Shown here: positions 10,475 to 21,511 of the stretch, piece after piece
Numbering within the stretch: the stretch's first letter is position 1
Layout of the letters: each line of letters starts with the position of its first letter
DNA from: an uncultured Candidatus Binatia bacterium
GTDB lineage: Bacteria; Desulfobacterota; Binatia; UBA9968; JAJDTQ01
NCBI GenBank assembly: GCA_965215605.1
Contig: OZ244070.1
Span: 1,152,001-1,216,000 of the forward strand
Reading direction: 5' to 3'
DNA: 64,000 bases
Translations under genes and position numbers: made by a program
The notes under the pieces: model-generated
The model's database searches: none
Told to the model about the DNA's origin: nothing
The model's input: the letters and a program-made list of their open reading frames with translations, nothing else

Positions 10475-11351
10475 AGTCTCGGACCACCTCGGTCCCCACG
10501 CCCCGTTCGGTGAAGATCTCCAACAGGACGGCGTGCCGGTCCCGGCCGTCGATGATGTGGGTCTTGACCACGCCCCCGTTGAGGGCGTCCACGCAGCACT
10601 CCACCTTGGGGATCATGCCCGAGGAGATCACGTCCCGCTCGATGAGGCCGGCGGACTGGGAGATGGTGAGGGTGCTGATCAGCTCCCCCTCCCGGTCCCG
10701 CACCCCTTCCACGTCGGTGAGCAGGATGAGCTTCTCCGCTCCGAGGGCGGCGGCCACCCTCCCCGCCACCAGGTCCGCGTTGATGTTGTAGGTCTCCCCC
10801 TTCTCGCCCACGCCCACCGGCGCGATGACCGGGATGAACTTGCCGTCCAGGGAGCGGATCACCGTGGGGTCCACCCGGACGACCTCTCCCACCATGCCGA
10901 TGTCGATGATCTCCGTGCTCTCCCCGTCGCCCGGCACGGCCACGTTCATCTTGCGCGCCAGGATGAGCTGGCCGTCCTTGCCGCTGAGACCCACGGCGGC
11001 GGCGCCGTGCTGGTTGACGAGCGCGACGATCTCCTTGTTCACCTTGCCCACCAGCACCATCTCGATGATGTCGATGGTCTCCGAATCGGTGACCCGCATG
11101 CCGCGCACGTAGCGGCTCTCGATGCCCATCTTCCCCAGCGTCTCGTTGATCTGGGGCCCGCCGCCGTGAACCACCACCACGTTGATGCCCACGTACTTGA
11201 GCAGCACGACGTCCTGGGCGAAGCTCTGCTTGAGCGTCTCGTCCACCATGGCCGCGCCGCCGTACTTGACCACGAACGTCTTGCCGAAAAAACGCTTGAT
11301 GAACGGAAGCGCTTCCAGCAGGACTTCCGCCTTGCCTATGAAATCATCCAC
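10470..11351 (-). CDS. argB: acetylglutamate kinase
   Basis: VKYGG, VHGGG, GMRVTD, YNINAD, GMIPK. Confidence 0.97.
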   Translation of the reverse strand: MDDFIGKAEVLLEALPFIKRFFGKTFVVKYGGAAMVDETLKQSFAQDVVLLKYVGINVVVVHGGGPQINETLGKMGIESRYVRGMRVTDSETIDIIEMVLVGKVNKEIVALVNQHGAAAVGLSGKDGQLILARKMNVAVPGDGESTEIIDIGMVGEVVRVDPTVIRSLDGKFIPVIAPVGVGEKGETYNINADLVAGRVAAALGAEKLILLTDVEGVRDREGELISTLTISQSAGLIERDVISSGMIPKVECCVDALNGGVVKTHIIDGRDRHAVLLEIFTERGVGTEVVRDS

Positions 11352-11376
11352 GTTACGCGACTCCGGTGCGGGGGGT

Positions 11377-12768
<1,392 letters not shown>

Positions 12769-12840
12769 GGGATCCGTCTTGCGAAAGTCCGGAGAAACCG
12801 CTGGCCCGCGCCGTCCGGGCGCGCCACGCCTCGCCCGGGA

Positions 12841-13371
12841 TCAGGGCAACTCCTCGATGGTCAGCTTGTCGTTCGTATAGACACAGATCGCCGCGGCCAC
12901 CTTCATGGACTCCTCGGCAATGGCGCGGGCATCGAGCGCGCTATGATGAACCAAAGCGCGCGCCGCCGCAAGCGCGTAGTTGCCGCCCGAGCCGATGGCG
13001 ATGACGCCGTCGTCGGGCTCCACCACGTCGCCGTTGCCCGACACCACCAGGCAATCCTCGGCATCGGCAACGATCATCAGCGCTTCCAGCCGCCTGAGCA
13101 CCTGATCGGTACGCCACTCCTTGGCGAGTTCCACCGCCGCCCGCTTGAACACGCCGCCGTGCTTCTCGAGCTTGCCCTCGAACTTCTCGAACAGCGTGAA
13201 TGCGTCCGCGGTGGCGCCGGCGAACCCCGCAAGCACCTTGTCGCCGTAGAGCTTTCGCACCTTGCGGGCGGTGTGCTTGAGGGCGGTGTCGCCGAGGCTG
13301 ACCTGGCCGTCGCCCGCCACCACGATCCTGCCCCCATGCCGTACCGCGAGAATGGTGGTTCCGTGAAACAT
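12841..13371 (-). CDS. hslV: ATP-dependent protease subunit HslV
   Basis: [22 protein letters not shown]. Confidence 0.97.
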   Translation of the reverse strand: MFHGTTILAVRHGGRIVVAGDGQVSLGDTALKHTARKVRKLYGDKVLAGFAGATADAFTLFEKFEGKLEKHGGVFKRAAVELAKEWRTDQVLRRLEALMIVADAEDCLVVSGNGDVVEPDDGVIAIGSGGNYALAAARALVHHSALDARAIAEESMKVAAAICVYTNDKLTIEELP

Positions 13372-13397
13372 CGTCAATCGAATATCGTCAATCGAAT
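13370..13397. repeat. perfect 14-bp tandem duplication at the hslV start
   Basis: ATCGTCAATCGAAT x2. Confidence 0.8.
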
Positions 13398-13559
13398 CGC
13401 TCCGCGAGAACTGCCTGGCCCGGTTCAAACGCAGGCCCGTCGCCCTGCAAGCAAACCCCCAACTGTAACACGGAAACGCCGACTTCGCAGGCCCTCGCCC
13501 CTCGGAAACGGAATTCCGGGCAGGCCCGGACGGCATCTCCGGACTTCCTACCGGGGCCT

Positions 13560-14477
13560 TCAGGCCCGAGGATGGGCGCGGTCGTAGACGGCGGTGAGCT
13601 GGTCGAGATTGACGTGGGTGTAGCGCTGGGTAGTGGAGAGGCTCACGTGGCCCAGCAGTTCCTGGATCGAGCGCAGGTCCGCGCCGGCGTTCAGCAGGTG
13701 GGTGGCGAAGGTGTGCCGCAGGCCGTGGGGACCCATGCGTACGGGGATTCCGGCGAGGCGCAGATATTTCTCCACGATCCGGGCGACGCTGCGGGTGGTG
13801 ATCCGGTTTCCGTGGTGGTTCAGGAACACCGGCTCCTCGCCCCGCGCCGCCCGCCCCCACCGGCTCCGCTGGTGGTCCGCGTAGCCCCGCAGCGCCGCCA
13901 GCGCCACCTCCCCCACGGGCACGATGCGCTCCTTGGACCCCTTGCCGAGGACCCGGAGCACGCCCAGAGAGAAATCGACGTCGCGCCAGTCAAGGCCCAC
14001 GAGCTCGCTGACCCGGACGCCGGACGAATAAAGCACCTCCATGACGGCCCGATCACGGGCCGGGAGAATACCGTCTTCCGGCAGGCAGCCCAGCACCCGG
14101 AACGCCTCGTCGACCGACAGGAAGGTCACAAGCGGGGATTCCTGTTTTGGCGTCGAGAAACCCACCAGGGGGTCCCGGTGGATGACGCCTTCCCGCAGGA
14201 GATAGCGGAAGAACCCTTTCAGCGCGGCCAGCTTCCGGCCGATGGTGCTCTTCTTGCGGCTTTCGTGGAGCGTCTTGAGGTAGCCCCGGATCCACTGCCT
14301 GTCCACGGCTTGCAGCGCGGACGTTCCGGGGCTGCCCAGATCGAGCCCGTTCTCTTCCAGATACCGGCGCAACCCCTCCACGTCGGTGAGGTAACCCTTG
14401 ACCGAATGGGGGGAGAACCGCGCCTGATCCCGCAGATAGCCGCCGAAGCCCTCGATGTGCCGTGCGAATTCGTCCAT
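13560..14477 (-). CDS. xerC: tyrosine recombinase XerC
   Basis: [33 protein letters not shown]; upstream of hslVU. Confidence 0.92.
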   Translation of the reverse strand: MDEFARHIEGFGGYLRDQARFSPHSVKGYLTDVEGLRRYLEENGLDLGSPGTSALQAVDRQWIRGYLKTLHESRKKSTIGRKLAALKGFFRYLLREGVIHRDPLVGFSTPKQESPLVTFLSVDEAFRVLGCLPEDGILPARDRAVMEVLYSSGVRVSELVGLDWRDVDFSLGVLRVLGKGSKERIVPVGEVALAALRGYADHQRSRWGRAARGEEPVFLNHHGNRITTRSVARIVEKYLRLAGIPVRMGPHGLRHTFATHLLNAGADLRSIQELLGHVSLSTTQRYTHVNLDQLTAVYDRAHPRA

Positions 14478-14516
14478 CGGATACAGTGGCGCGCCCCGCC
14501 TTCTTGAAGCGGGCAC

Positions 14517-14541
14517 GGGCGGGTTTGACACCCGCCCCTAC
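14517..14541 (-). repeat. GTAG-type REP-like hairpin
   Basis: Minus strand GTAG-GGGCGGGT-GTCAA-ACCCGCCC. Confidence 0.7.
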
Positions 14542-14577
14542 AACGAGACGCGGGTACCGGCTGGCGTCGCCGCCGGC

Positions 14578-15297
14578 TTACAGCGCCGGAGCGTACAAGT
14601 TGTCCGCCAGGCCCCGGATGTAGTCGACGGTCTCCTCCAGCGACACCACGTCCGCGTACTTCATGTTCATGTCGAAGAGGTTGATCTTGTGGGACGACTG
14701 GCCGCGGTCGAAGGTGCACTCCTCCACCACGCTGACGCCGTAGTTGTACGAGAACGCGTCGATGACCGAGGCGCGGACGCAGCCGCTGGTGGTGGTGCCG
14801 GCCACCAACAGGGAGTCGGCATGGACTTCGTTCAGCATGCTGGTGAGCGGGGTGCCGAAGAAGGCGCTGGGCTTCTGCTTGCGCACCACCACCTCGCCCT
14901 TCCGGGGCGCGATCTCCGCAACGATGTCGTTGCCCTTCTTCGCCAGTTCTTCGAAATCCTCGCCGCCGCGCGAGTTCTTGCCGTGCCAGCGGCCGAAGGC
15001 GACGGAGTCCTCCTCGCCGTGGCCGGTGGTGAAGAAGATCGGCAGGTGCTTCTTCCTGGCCTCCTCCAACAGCGTGACGATGTGGTCCACGCCGACCCAC
15101 CCCTCCTCGCCGCAACTGTTGCGGAAGCGCTTGACCGACTCCACAATCGGCTCGCGCCGGTCGCCGACGAAGTTGTAGTTCACGTCGATGATGAGCACGG
15201 CCGGCCTTTGGCCGAAACCCGCCTTGGCGCCGTAACCCGACAGCGCAAACACTTCCTTGTCACGATCGGTCAGAATATCTTCCCATGTATTGCCCAT
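14578..15297 (-). CDS. isochorismatase/cysteine hydrolase family protein
   Basis: IDV (Asp), KQKPSAFFGT (Lys), GTTTSGCVRASVIDA (Cys). Confidence 0.92.
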   Translation of the reverse strand: MGNTWEDILTDRDKEVFALSGYGAKAGFGQRPAVLIIDVNYNFVGDRREPIVESVKRFRNSCGEEGWVGVDHIVTLLEEARKKHLPIFFTTGHGEEDSVAFGRWHGKNSRGGEDFEELAKKGNDIVAEIAPRKGEVVVRKQKPSAFFGTPLTSMLNEVHADSLLVAGTTTSGCVRASVIDAFSYNYGVSVVEECTFDRGQSSHKINLFDMNMKYADVVSLEETVDYIRGLADNLYAPAL

Positions 15298-15371
15298 TGG
15301 TGACTCCTTCTCTGAATGAGCGCCTGCCGGCCAACTGCCCTCGGAACCCCGATGCAGGCACGGATCTTGCG

Positions 15372-15402
15372 ATTATTCCCCTTGACGGCGCGTCCGTCAA
15401 GG
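15372..15402 (-). promoter_or_regulatory. sigma70-like promoter of the isochorismatase gene overlapped by a palindrome
   Basis: TTGACG-17-AATAAT on the minus strand; perfect inverted repeat CCTTGACGG-N5-CCGTCAAGG at 15380-15402. Confidence 0.5.
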
Positions 15403-15538
15403 CACGGTCATCGGGTGAGTTTCCAGGGACACCTGCCGGTCGGCAAAGGAACGAGCGGCACCGTTCCGGTCGCCGTTCGCGTTGTTTCGCCGTCCGGGGC
15501 CTTGTAGAATTTCCCGGAAGCGAACGGAGGACGCGATC

Positions 15539-16264
15539 ATGGTGATCTCGCACACGCCCGCGAGAGGAAACGACACGAACCCGACTCTTGGGACGGGTTC
15601 GCGTGAAACGCCGCCGCCCCCGCTCGAGAACGGTGACCGGTTGACCCGGGACGAGTTCGAGAAGCGATATGACGCGATGCCTGATTTGAAGAAGGCGGAG
15701 CTCATCAAAGGAGTGGTGTACGTGGGTTCACCCGTTCGCTTCGGGAAACACGGCGAGCCGCACGCAAGGCTGCTGACATGGCTGGGAACCTACGCCGCCT
15801 TCACGGAGGGAGTTCGGCATGGCGGCAACGCGACCGTCCGTCTGGATTGGGACACGGAGCCGCAGCCGGACGCCTTGTTGCGCCTGGACCCCGAGAACCG
15901 CGCCGGCTCGCGGGTCAGCGCCGATGACTACGTGGAAGGTGCGCCCGAGCTTGTGGCCGAGGTTTCCTCGAGCACGGTCTCCTACGATTTGCACGACAAG
16001 ATGGACGCATACCGTACCGCGGGCGTGAAGGAATACTTGGTCTGGCGCGTGGAGGACCAGGAGTTCGACTGGTTTCTGCTGCGCGACGGCGAATACGTCC
16101 GAATCTCACCCGGTCCCGATGGTGTGTACGAAAGCAGCACCTTTCCGGGATTGCGGCTGGCAGTTGCGGCGTTGTTGGCCGGCGACATGGCCCGAGTCAT
16201 GGGCGAACTTCAAAAAGGTCTGGACGCCGCCGAACACGCCGAGTTCGTTGCGTCGCTGGCATAA
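15539..16264 (+). CDS. Uma2 (DUF820) family PD-(D/E)xK endonuclease-like protein
   Basis: KAELIKGVV, QPD, APELVAEVSS, GVKEYLVW; RBS GGAGG before ATG 15539. Confidence 0.9.
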   Translation: MVISHTPARGNDTNPTLGTGSRETPPPPLENGDRLTRDEFEKRYDAMPDLKKAELIKGVVYVGSPVRFGKHGEPHARLLTWLGTYAAFTEGVRHGGNATVRLDWDTEPQPDALLRLDPENRAGSRVSADDYVEGAPELVAEVSSSTVSYDLHDKMDAYRTAGVKEYLVWRVEDQEFDWFLLRDGEYVRISPGPDGVYESSTFPGLRLAVAALLAGDMARVMGELQKGLDAAEHAEFVASLA

Positions 16265-16330
16265 TCTCGACTCCATCCGTCACGCTCTTGTCGTGTTGCA
16301 CGGCCCCTGTTTCGTGCGGCCGGAAGTTCC

Positions 16331-16359
16331 TTGACTTGGGAAGTCCCAGATTCCATATT
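16331..16359 (+). promoter_or_regulatory. sigma70-like promoter, probably near-leaderless moaA transcript
   Basis: TTGACT-17-CATATT, 8 nt before GTG 16368; no clear RBS. Confidence 0.5.
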
Positions 16360-16367
16360 GACACATC

Positions 16368-17381
16368 GTGTTGACGGACCAATTGAATCGCCCGCTGCGT
16401 GACCTGCGGATTTCCGTGACCGACCGGTGCAACTTCCGCTGCACCTACTGCATGCCGTTCGACCACTACGACTGGATCGACAAGCGGGAGATCCTTACCT
16501 ACGAGGAGATCGGCCGGGTGGTGCGGCTGGCCGCGCCCCTGGGAGTGCGGAAGATCCGGCTGACCGGGGGCGAGCCCTTGCTGCGGCGCGACCTGCCGGA
16601 TCTGGTCCGTCAGCTCGCGGGCATCCCGGGCATCGACGATGTCGCCCTCACCACCAACGGCGCGCGCCTGGGCGAGATGGCCGGGGCATTGCGCTCGGCC
16701 GGGCTGGGACGCATCAACGTCAGCATCGACAGCCTCGACCCGGAACGGTTCCGGCAGGTCACCAAACGGGGGGACCTGGACGACGTCCTGAAGGGGCTGT
16801 TCGCGGCCCGGGAGGCCGGACTGGACCCCATCAAGATCAACGCGGTGATCGAACGCGGCGTCAACGAGGAAGACATTCTCCCGCTGGTGGAGCTCGGACG
16901 GACCCACGGCTTCGTGGTGCGGTTCATCGAATACATGGACGTGGGGACGGCCAACGCATGGCGGCTGGAGCGGACCGTGCCGAAGGCGGAGATCGTGCAG
17001 CGGATCGGCGCGCGCTATCCGCTGGATCCGGTGGGCAGGGCCGACGGCAACGCCCCGGCGGTGGACTACGCCTTCCGCGACGGCAAGGGTACCGTGGGCG
17101 TGGTGGCGTCCGTCACCGAGCCGTTCTGTGGGACCTGCAGCCGCGGCCGCCTCACCGCGGACGGTCGCCTGGTCACCTGCCTCTTCTCCCGCACCGGGCA
17201 CGACCTCAAGGCCCAGCTCCGGAACGGCGCCGGCGACGACGAGATCCGGCAGTGGCTGGAGGCCATCTGGACCGGCCGCAAGGACCGCTTTTCGGCCGAG
17301 CGGCTCGAAGCCATCCGCTCTCCCGACGGCTACGACCCCGGACAGCACGACAAGATCGAGATGATTACGCTGGGGGGTTGA
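16368..17381 (+). CDS. moaA: GTP 3',8-cyclase (molybdenum cofactor biosynthesis)
   Basis: CNFRCTYC, GGEP, FCGTCSR...C, C-terminal GG. Confidence 0.97.
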   Translation: MLTDQLNRPLRDLRISVTDRCNFRCTYCMPFDHYDWIDKREILTYEEIGRVVRLAAPLGVRKIRLTGGEPLLRRDLPDLVRQLAGIPGIDDVALTTNGARLGEMAGALRSAGLGRINVSIDSLDPERFRQVTKRGDLDDVLKGLFAAREAGLDPIKINAVIERGVNEEDILPLVELGRTHGFVVRFIEYMDVGTANAWRLERTVPKAEIVQRIGARYPLDPVGRADGNAPAVDYAFRDGKGTVGVVASVTEPFCGTCSRGRLTADGRLVTCLFSRTGHDLKAQLRNGAGDDEIRQWLEAIWTGRKDRFSAERLEAIRSPDGYDPGQHDKIEMITLGG

Positions 17382-17483
17382 CGCGCGTCGCGGCCGGCCC
17401 CCATGGCCGGCGTTCTCTTCTCGTGTCTCCGTCCGTCCCCGGTTCAAGCCCTCTTCTCAGAAACACTCTTTTCAGGAATACCC

Positions 17484-18569
17484 ATGCTGCTCATCAACAA
17501 TGAAACCGTCGACGAAATCCTCGACATGAAGGGGTGCATCGACGCCCTGGAAACCGGCTACCGCGACCTGCTGGCGCAGCGGGCGGTCTACCGGCCCCGC
17601 ATCGACCTCTACGTGCCGCAGGAAGAACCCGAACGCATGTACCGCTGGGGGACCATGGAAGGGGCGTCGCGTTCCTTCGGGGTCTTCGCCATCCGCATGA
17701 AGTCGGACATGCTGGAATGGCCGGAGGGCGGCACCGTGGAGAAGTACTGCATGGAGCCCGGCACCTACTGCGGCCTGGTGCTGGTATTCTCGGCGCGGAA
17801 CGCCGAACCCCTGGCGATCATCAACGACGGCATCATCCAGCACATGCGGGTGGGCGCCTGCGCCGGCCTGGCGGCCCGGTACCTGGCCCGGGACGACGCG
17901 GCGGTGGTGGGCATGCTCGGCTCCGGCGGCATGGCGGAGACCTACCTGCGGGCCTTCGCGGAAGTGCGGAAGCTGCGGGAAGTCAAGATCTACAGCCCCA
18001 CCCCGGCCAACCGGGAGGCCTACGCGCGCAAGATGAGCGAGATGCTGGGCGTGCCGGTGACCGCCCGGGAGGGCGTGGAAGAGGTGGTCCGGGGCTCGGA
18101 CATGGTGGCCACCTGCACCGACTCGGTCCGGGTGGTGGTGGAAAATTCCGGCTGGGTGGAGGACGGCGCCTTCGTCACTTGCGTCCGCAGCAACGAATGG
18201 GAACCCGGCATCCTCGACCGCTGCAACGTCATCGTGAAGCTCGGGCGCGGCACCATCGGGACACTGGACGAAGGCATGCGGCGCATCGCCGGATATGCCT
18301 CCTACGTAGCCGGCACCGACGACGAGACGAAGCGCATCGTCAACCCGGGAGTGGACCTGTTCTCCGGCCAGCACCCTCTGCTCACGGATCTCATGGGCGG
18401 CACGGTCCAGGGACGGACCCGGGACTCGGACGTGACGTTGTTCCTGAACGACGGCACCCAGGGGCTCCAGTTCGCCTCGGTGGCCGGGTACGTGGTGCGG
18501 AAAGCTCGGGAGCTGGGCGCCGGCCGGGAGATTCCCAGGGAATGGTTTACCCAGGATATACGGGACTAG
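17484..18569 (+). CDS. ornithine cyclodeaminase/mu-crystallin family protein
   Basis: MRVGA, LGSGGMA, KIYSPT, ATCTDS, GLQFASVA. Confidence 0.88.
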   Translation: MLLINNETVDEILDMKGCIDALETGYRDLLAQRAVYRPRIDLYVPQEEPERMYRWGTMEGASRSFGVFAIRMKSDMLEWPEGGTVEKYCMEPGTYCGLVLVFSARNAEPLAIINDGIIQHMRVGACAGLAARYLARDDAAVVGMLGSGGMAETYLRAFAEVRKLREVKIYSPTPANREAYARKMSEMLGVPVTAREGVEEVVRGSDMVATCTDSVRVVVENSGWVEDGAFVTCVRSNEWEPGILDRCNVIVKLGRGTIGTLDEGMRRIAGYASYVAGTDDETKRIVNPGVDLFSGQHPLLTDLMGGTVQGRTRDSDVTLFLNDGTQGLQFASVAGYVVRKARELGAGREIPREWFTQDIRD

Positions 18570-18597
18570 GACGTGGTATTGGAGGGAGAGCTGACGG

Positions 18598-19593
18598 ATG
18601 CTCAAGGTCATTCCAGTTGAAGAAGCGGTGGGCCTCCGCCTGGCCCACGACATCACCGAGATCATACCGGGAGGGCACAAGGGTCCCCGGTTCAAGCGCG
18701 GACACCTCATCGCCGAGGAGGACGTGCCGCGGCTGCTGGACGTGGGCAAAGCCCACATCTACATCATGGATCTCGATCCGGACGACCTGCACGAAGAGGA
18801 CGCCGCCGAACGACTGGCGCGGGCCTCGGCCGGAAACGGCCTGACGCTCACCGACCCGAGCGAGGGCCGGGTCAACCTGGTGGCGGAACGAGACGGCATG
18901 CTGGAGGTGGACGAGGAGCGGTTGTTCCGTTTCAACGAGCTGGGAGACCTCATCCTCGCCACCCTTCCCTCCGGCGGGTTCGTCCGGGAAGGCACGGTGG
19001 TGGGCGGCACCCGCACCATCCCGGTGGTGGTAAAGGAAGACTTGGTGGCACGGGCGGAAGCCCTGTGCAAGGACGGTTCCATCGTGTCTGTGACGGCCAT
19101 GCCGGCCAGGAAGGTCTTCCTGCTGGTGACCGGCAGCGAGGTCTTCACCGGCCGGATCACGGACGGCTTCGAGCCGAGGGTGCGGGAAAAGGTTGAGGGC
19201 ATGGGCTCGATCCTGGAGCCGGTCACCCTGGCCCCGGACGATCCCGACGTCATCGCCGGCCACATCAAGGACTTCGCCGCCAAGGGCGCGGAGATCATCC
19301 TGGTGAGCGGCGGCATGTCCGTGGACCCCGACGACCTCACTCCCGAAGGCATCCGCCGCAGCGGCGCCGACGTGGTCTCACACGGCTTCCCGGTGCTCCC
19401 CGGCTCCATGTTCCTCATGAGCTACCTGGAGGACATACCGGTCCTCGGCCTGTCCGGGTGCGTCCTGCACGACCCGGTCACCGCCTTCGATTTCATGCTG
19501 CCCAAGCTCCTGGCAGGGACCCGTGTCACCCGGGAAGACATCCTGCGCATGGGTCACGGCGGACTGCAAAAGAAACACTCGCACCATCACTGA
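18598..19593 (+). CDS. molybdopterin-binding (MoeA-like/MoCF_biosynth) protein
   Basis: LAHDITEI, VTGSEV, SGGMSVDPDDLTP, PVLPG. Confidence 0.85.
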   Translation: MLKVIPVEEAVGLRLAHDITEIIPGGHKGPRFKRGHLIAEEDVPRLLDVGKAHIYIMDLDPDDLHEEDAAERLARASAGNGLTLTDPSEGRVNLVAERDGMLEVDEERLFRFNELGDLILATLPSGGFVREGTVVGGTRTIPVVVKEDLVARAEALCKDGSIVSVTAMPARKVFLLVTGSEVFTGRITDGFEPRVREKVEGMGSILEPVTLAPDDPDVIAGHIKDFAAKGAEIILVSGGMSVDPDDLTPEGIRRSGADVVSHGFPVLPGSMFLMSYLEDIPVLGLSGCVLHDPVTAFDFMLPKLLAGTRVTREDILRMGHGGLQKKHSHHH

Positions 19594-19637
19594 AGTGCCA
19601 AGGGCGGAATGGACCCGGGGTCCAGCGGCCGGGGGGA

Positions 19638-19709
19638 CTAGGAGCTTGCGCCGCAGGAATTCACGGCTGCAAATTCGCTCTCGCGAATTCCTACGGCGCA
19701 AGCTCCTAG
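19638..19709. mobile_element. 72-bp CTAG-bounded palindrome (MITE-like; may also act as terminator between convergent genes)
   Basis: 28-bp arms CTAGGAGCTTGCGCCG(C/T)AGGAATTC(A/G)CG with 2 mismatches. Confidence 0.55.
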
Positions 19710-19759
19710 GGCAACACTGGGCGGCCCTCACGTCTGAATGGCGGATGAGTGGGGTCCGG

Positions 19760-20470
19760 TCACACCGGGATCTGGGTGACCACGACGCGGCCGTCGCCGT
19801 GGAGCCGGATGGCGTTGACGGTGCCTGCGTAGCTTGGGGAGCCGGAGTAGTAGGCGGGGATCTGCCGGTCGCCCACCTGGACGGCGCGGTTCCAGTGGCC
19901 CAGGGCGACGTAGTCGGCGCCGCTGGTGGTGAGGTCCTCCTGGCGGATCAGCCACGAGCCGAGCAGCACCTCCGGCCTGGGCTGGTCTTCCACGTAGTGG
20001 CCGTGGGCCACCGCCAACTGCCAGCGGGTGCGCCGTTCCGGAGGCTCGGGCAGCGGCATCATGTCCAGGTAGTCCACGTGGGGGCGACCCCAGACCTCCA
20101 GGTCCAGCTCCGGGAAGTCGCCACGTTCCGTGGTCAGGCCCAGCACGTGCACGTTGCCGGCGTCGCCGAACTCGGCCCTGCGGTAGACGGAATCCGGGGT
20201 CAACGGGTCGTGGTTGCCCGGCAGGATGACGATGGGAAGCCCGGCGTCCGCCATGACGCCCGAAACCTCCTCCAGAAACGTGCCGCCCTGGCGGTTGTGG
20301 TCGAAGGTATCTCCCGCGAGAATAACGAGGTCGGCCTGCTGGGCCCGGGCCGCGGCAAGGACCTGCTGGAGCACCGGCATGTTGCCGGATACATCGTCGG
20401 TCAGGATACTGTCGGCGCCCAGATGCAGGTCGGACGTGTGGACGATCAGGACTTCGCTTGCTTCGCTCAT
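19760..20470 (-). CDS. calcineurin-like metallophosphoesterase (SbcD/Mre11-like N-terminal domain only)
   Basis: DLHLG, GDTFD, PGNHD, AHG, ALGHW, YSGSP. Confidence 0.85.
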   Translation of the reverse strand: MSEASEVLIVHTSDLHLGADSILTDDVSGNMPVLQQVLAAARAQQADLVILAGDTFDHNRQGGTFLEEVSGVMADAGLPIVILPGNHDPLTPDSVYRRAEFGDAGNVHVLGLTTERGDFPELDLEVWGRPHVDYLDMMPLPEPPERRTRWQLAVAHGHYVEDQPRPEVLLGSWLIRQEDLTTSGADYVALGHWNRAVQVGDRQIPAYYSGSPSYAGTVNAIRLHGDGRVVVTQIPV

Positions 20471-20488
20471 GTTCCCTGCGCCCGCGGG

Positions 20489-21511
20489 CTACTTCATGAG
20501 CTCGGCGTTGATTTCATCCAGCGAGCTGGCCGGCGGCTGCACCGCGTCCTGGTCCAGATAGGCCAGCGGCGTGTCGCAGAGATTGAGGTCGTCGATGAAC
20601 TCCGCCCGCTCTTCGTTGAGATAGATGAGGCCGGTGAGGAACTTGTGCTCGGCCACCGCGGCATGAAGCGCGGTCGCCGCCTGCATCCGGTTGGTGGGAT
20701 CGTAGTTGTGCCCGAGCTTGTGCAACGTGATCCGCGAACCGTCGTGCAGGGTCACCTCCTGATCGGTGCCTTCCTGGTAATCCACCTCGATGTTCTCGTA
20801 GGGCGGAATGAAGTCGATGTCGTGGAGCGGGTCCAGGTGCTCCCGGATGTACTTGAGGCTCTTGGTGGAGCCGGAATGGTCGTTGAACGTGACGCAGGGG
20901 CTCAGCACGTCCAGGATGGCGGTCCCCTTGTGGGCCACGGCGCCCTGGATCAACGGCGCGAGTTGCTTCCGGTCGCCGGAAAAGCTCCGGCCCACATAGG
21001 TGGCGCCGAGGGTGATGGCCAGCTCGCACAGGTCGATGGCGGGCATGTCGTTGATCTTGCCGCCCTTCATCACGGTGCCTTCATCCGCGGTGGCGGAAAA
21101 CTGGCCCTTGGTGAGCCCGTACACGCCGTTGTTCTCCACGACGTAGGTGATGTTCACGTTGCGGCGCATCATGTGGCAGAAGTTGCCGAGGCCGATGGCC
21201 GAAGTGTCGCCGTCGCCGGAGATCCCCAAGGGGACCATGGTATGGTTGCCGACATTGGCGCCGGTGGCCACCGAGGCCATGCGGCCGTGCACCGCGTTGA
21301 TGCCGAAGGCCTGGTTCATGAAGTAGTTCGGCGTCTTCGACGAGCAGCCGATGCCGCTCATCTTGATGACGTTGCGCGGGTCCACGCTGCTGGCGAAGAA
21401 CGCGCGCATGATGGACGCGGAGATGGCGTCATGGCCGCAGCCGCGGCACATGGTGGAGTCCGCCCCCTTGTAGTCTTTTTCCGTCAGATCGACGCGATTT
21501 GCTTTTGCCAT
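20489..21511 (-). CDS. 2-oxoacid:ferredoxin oxidoreductase subunit beta
   Basis: CRGCG, GIGCSS, GDGD...ENNGVYGLTKGQ TPP motif. Confidence 0.95.
   Translation of the reverse strand: MAKANRVDLTEKDYKGADSTMCRGCGHDAISASIMRAFFASSVDPRNVIKMSGIGCSSKTPNYFMNQAFGINAVHGRMASVATGANVGNHTMVPLGISGDGDTSAIGLGNFCHMMRRNVNITYVVENNGVYGLTKGQFSATADEGTVMKGGKINDMPAIDLCELAITLGATYVGRSFSGDRKQLAPLIQGAVAHKGTAILDVLSPCVTFNDHSGSTKSLKYIREHLDPLHDIDFIPPYENIEVDYQEGTDQEVTLHDGSRITLHKLGHNYDPTNRMQAATALHAAVAEHKFLTGLIYLNEERAEFIDDLNLCDTPLAYLDQDAVQPPASSLDEINAELMK

Noticed and set aside
13560-14477. Tyrosine recombinase as a prophage or integron integrase
   Set aside because: XerC-like sequence in the usual xerC-hslVU context; no IntI-specific insertion, attC array or phage genes seen
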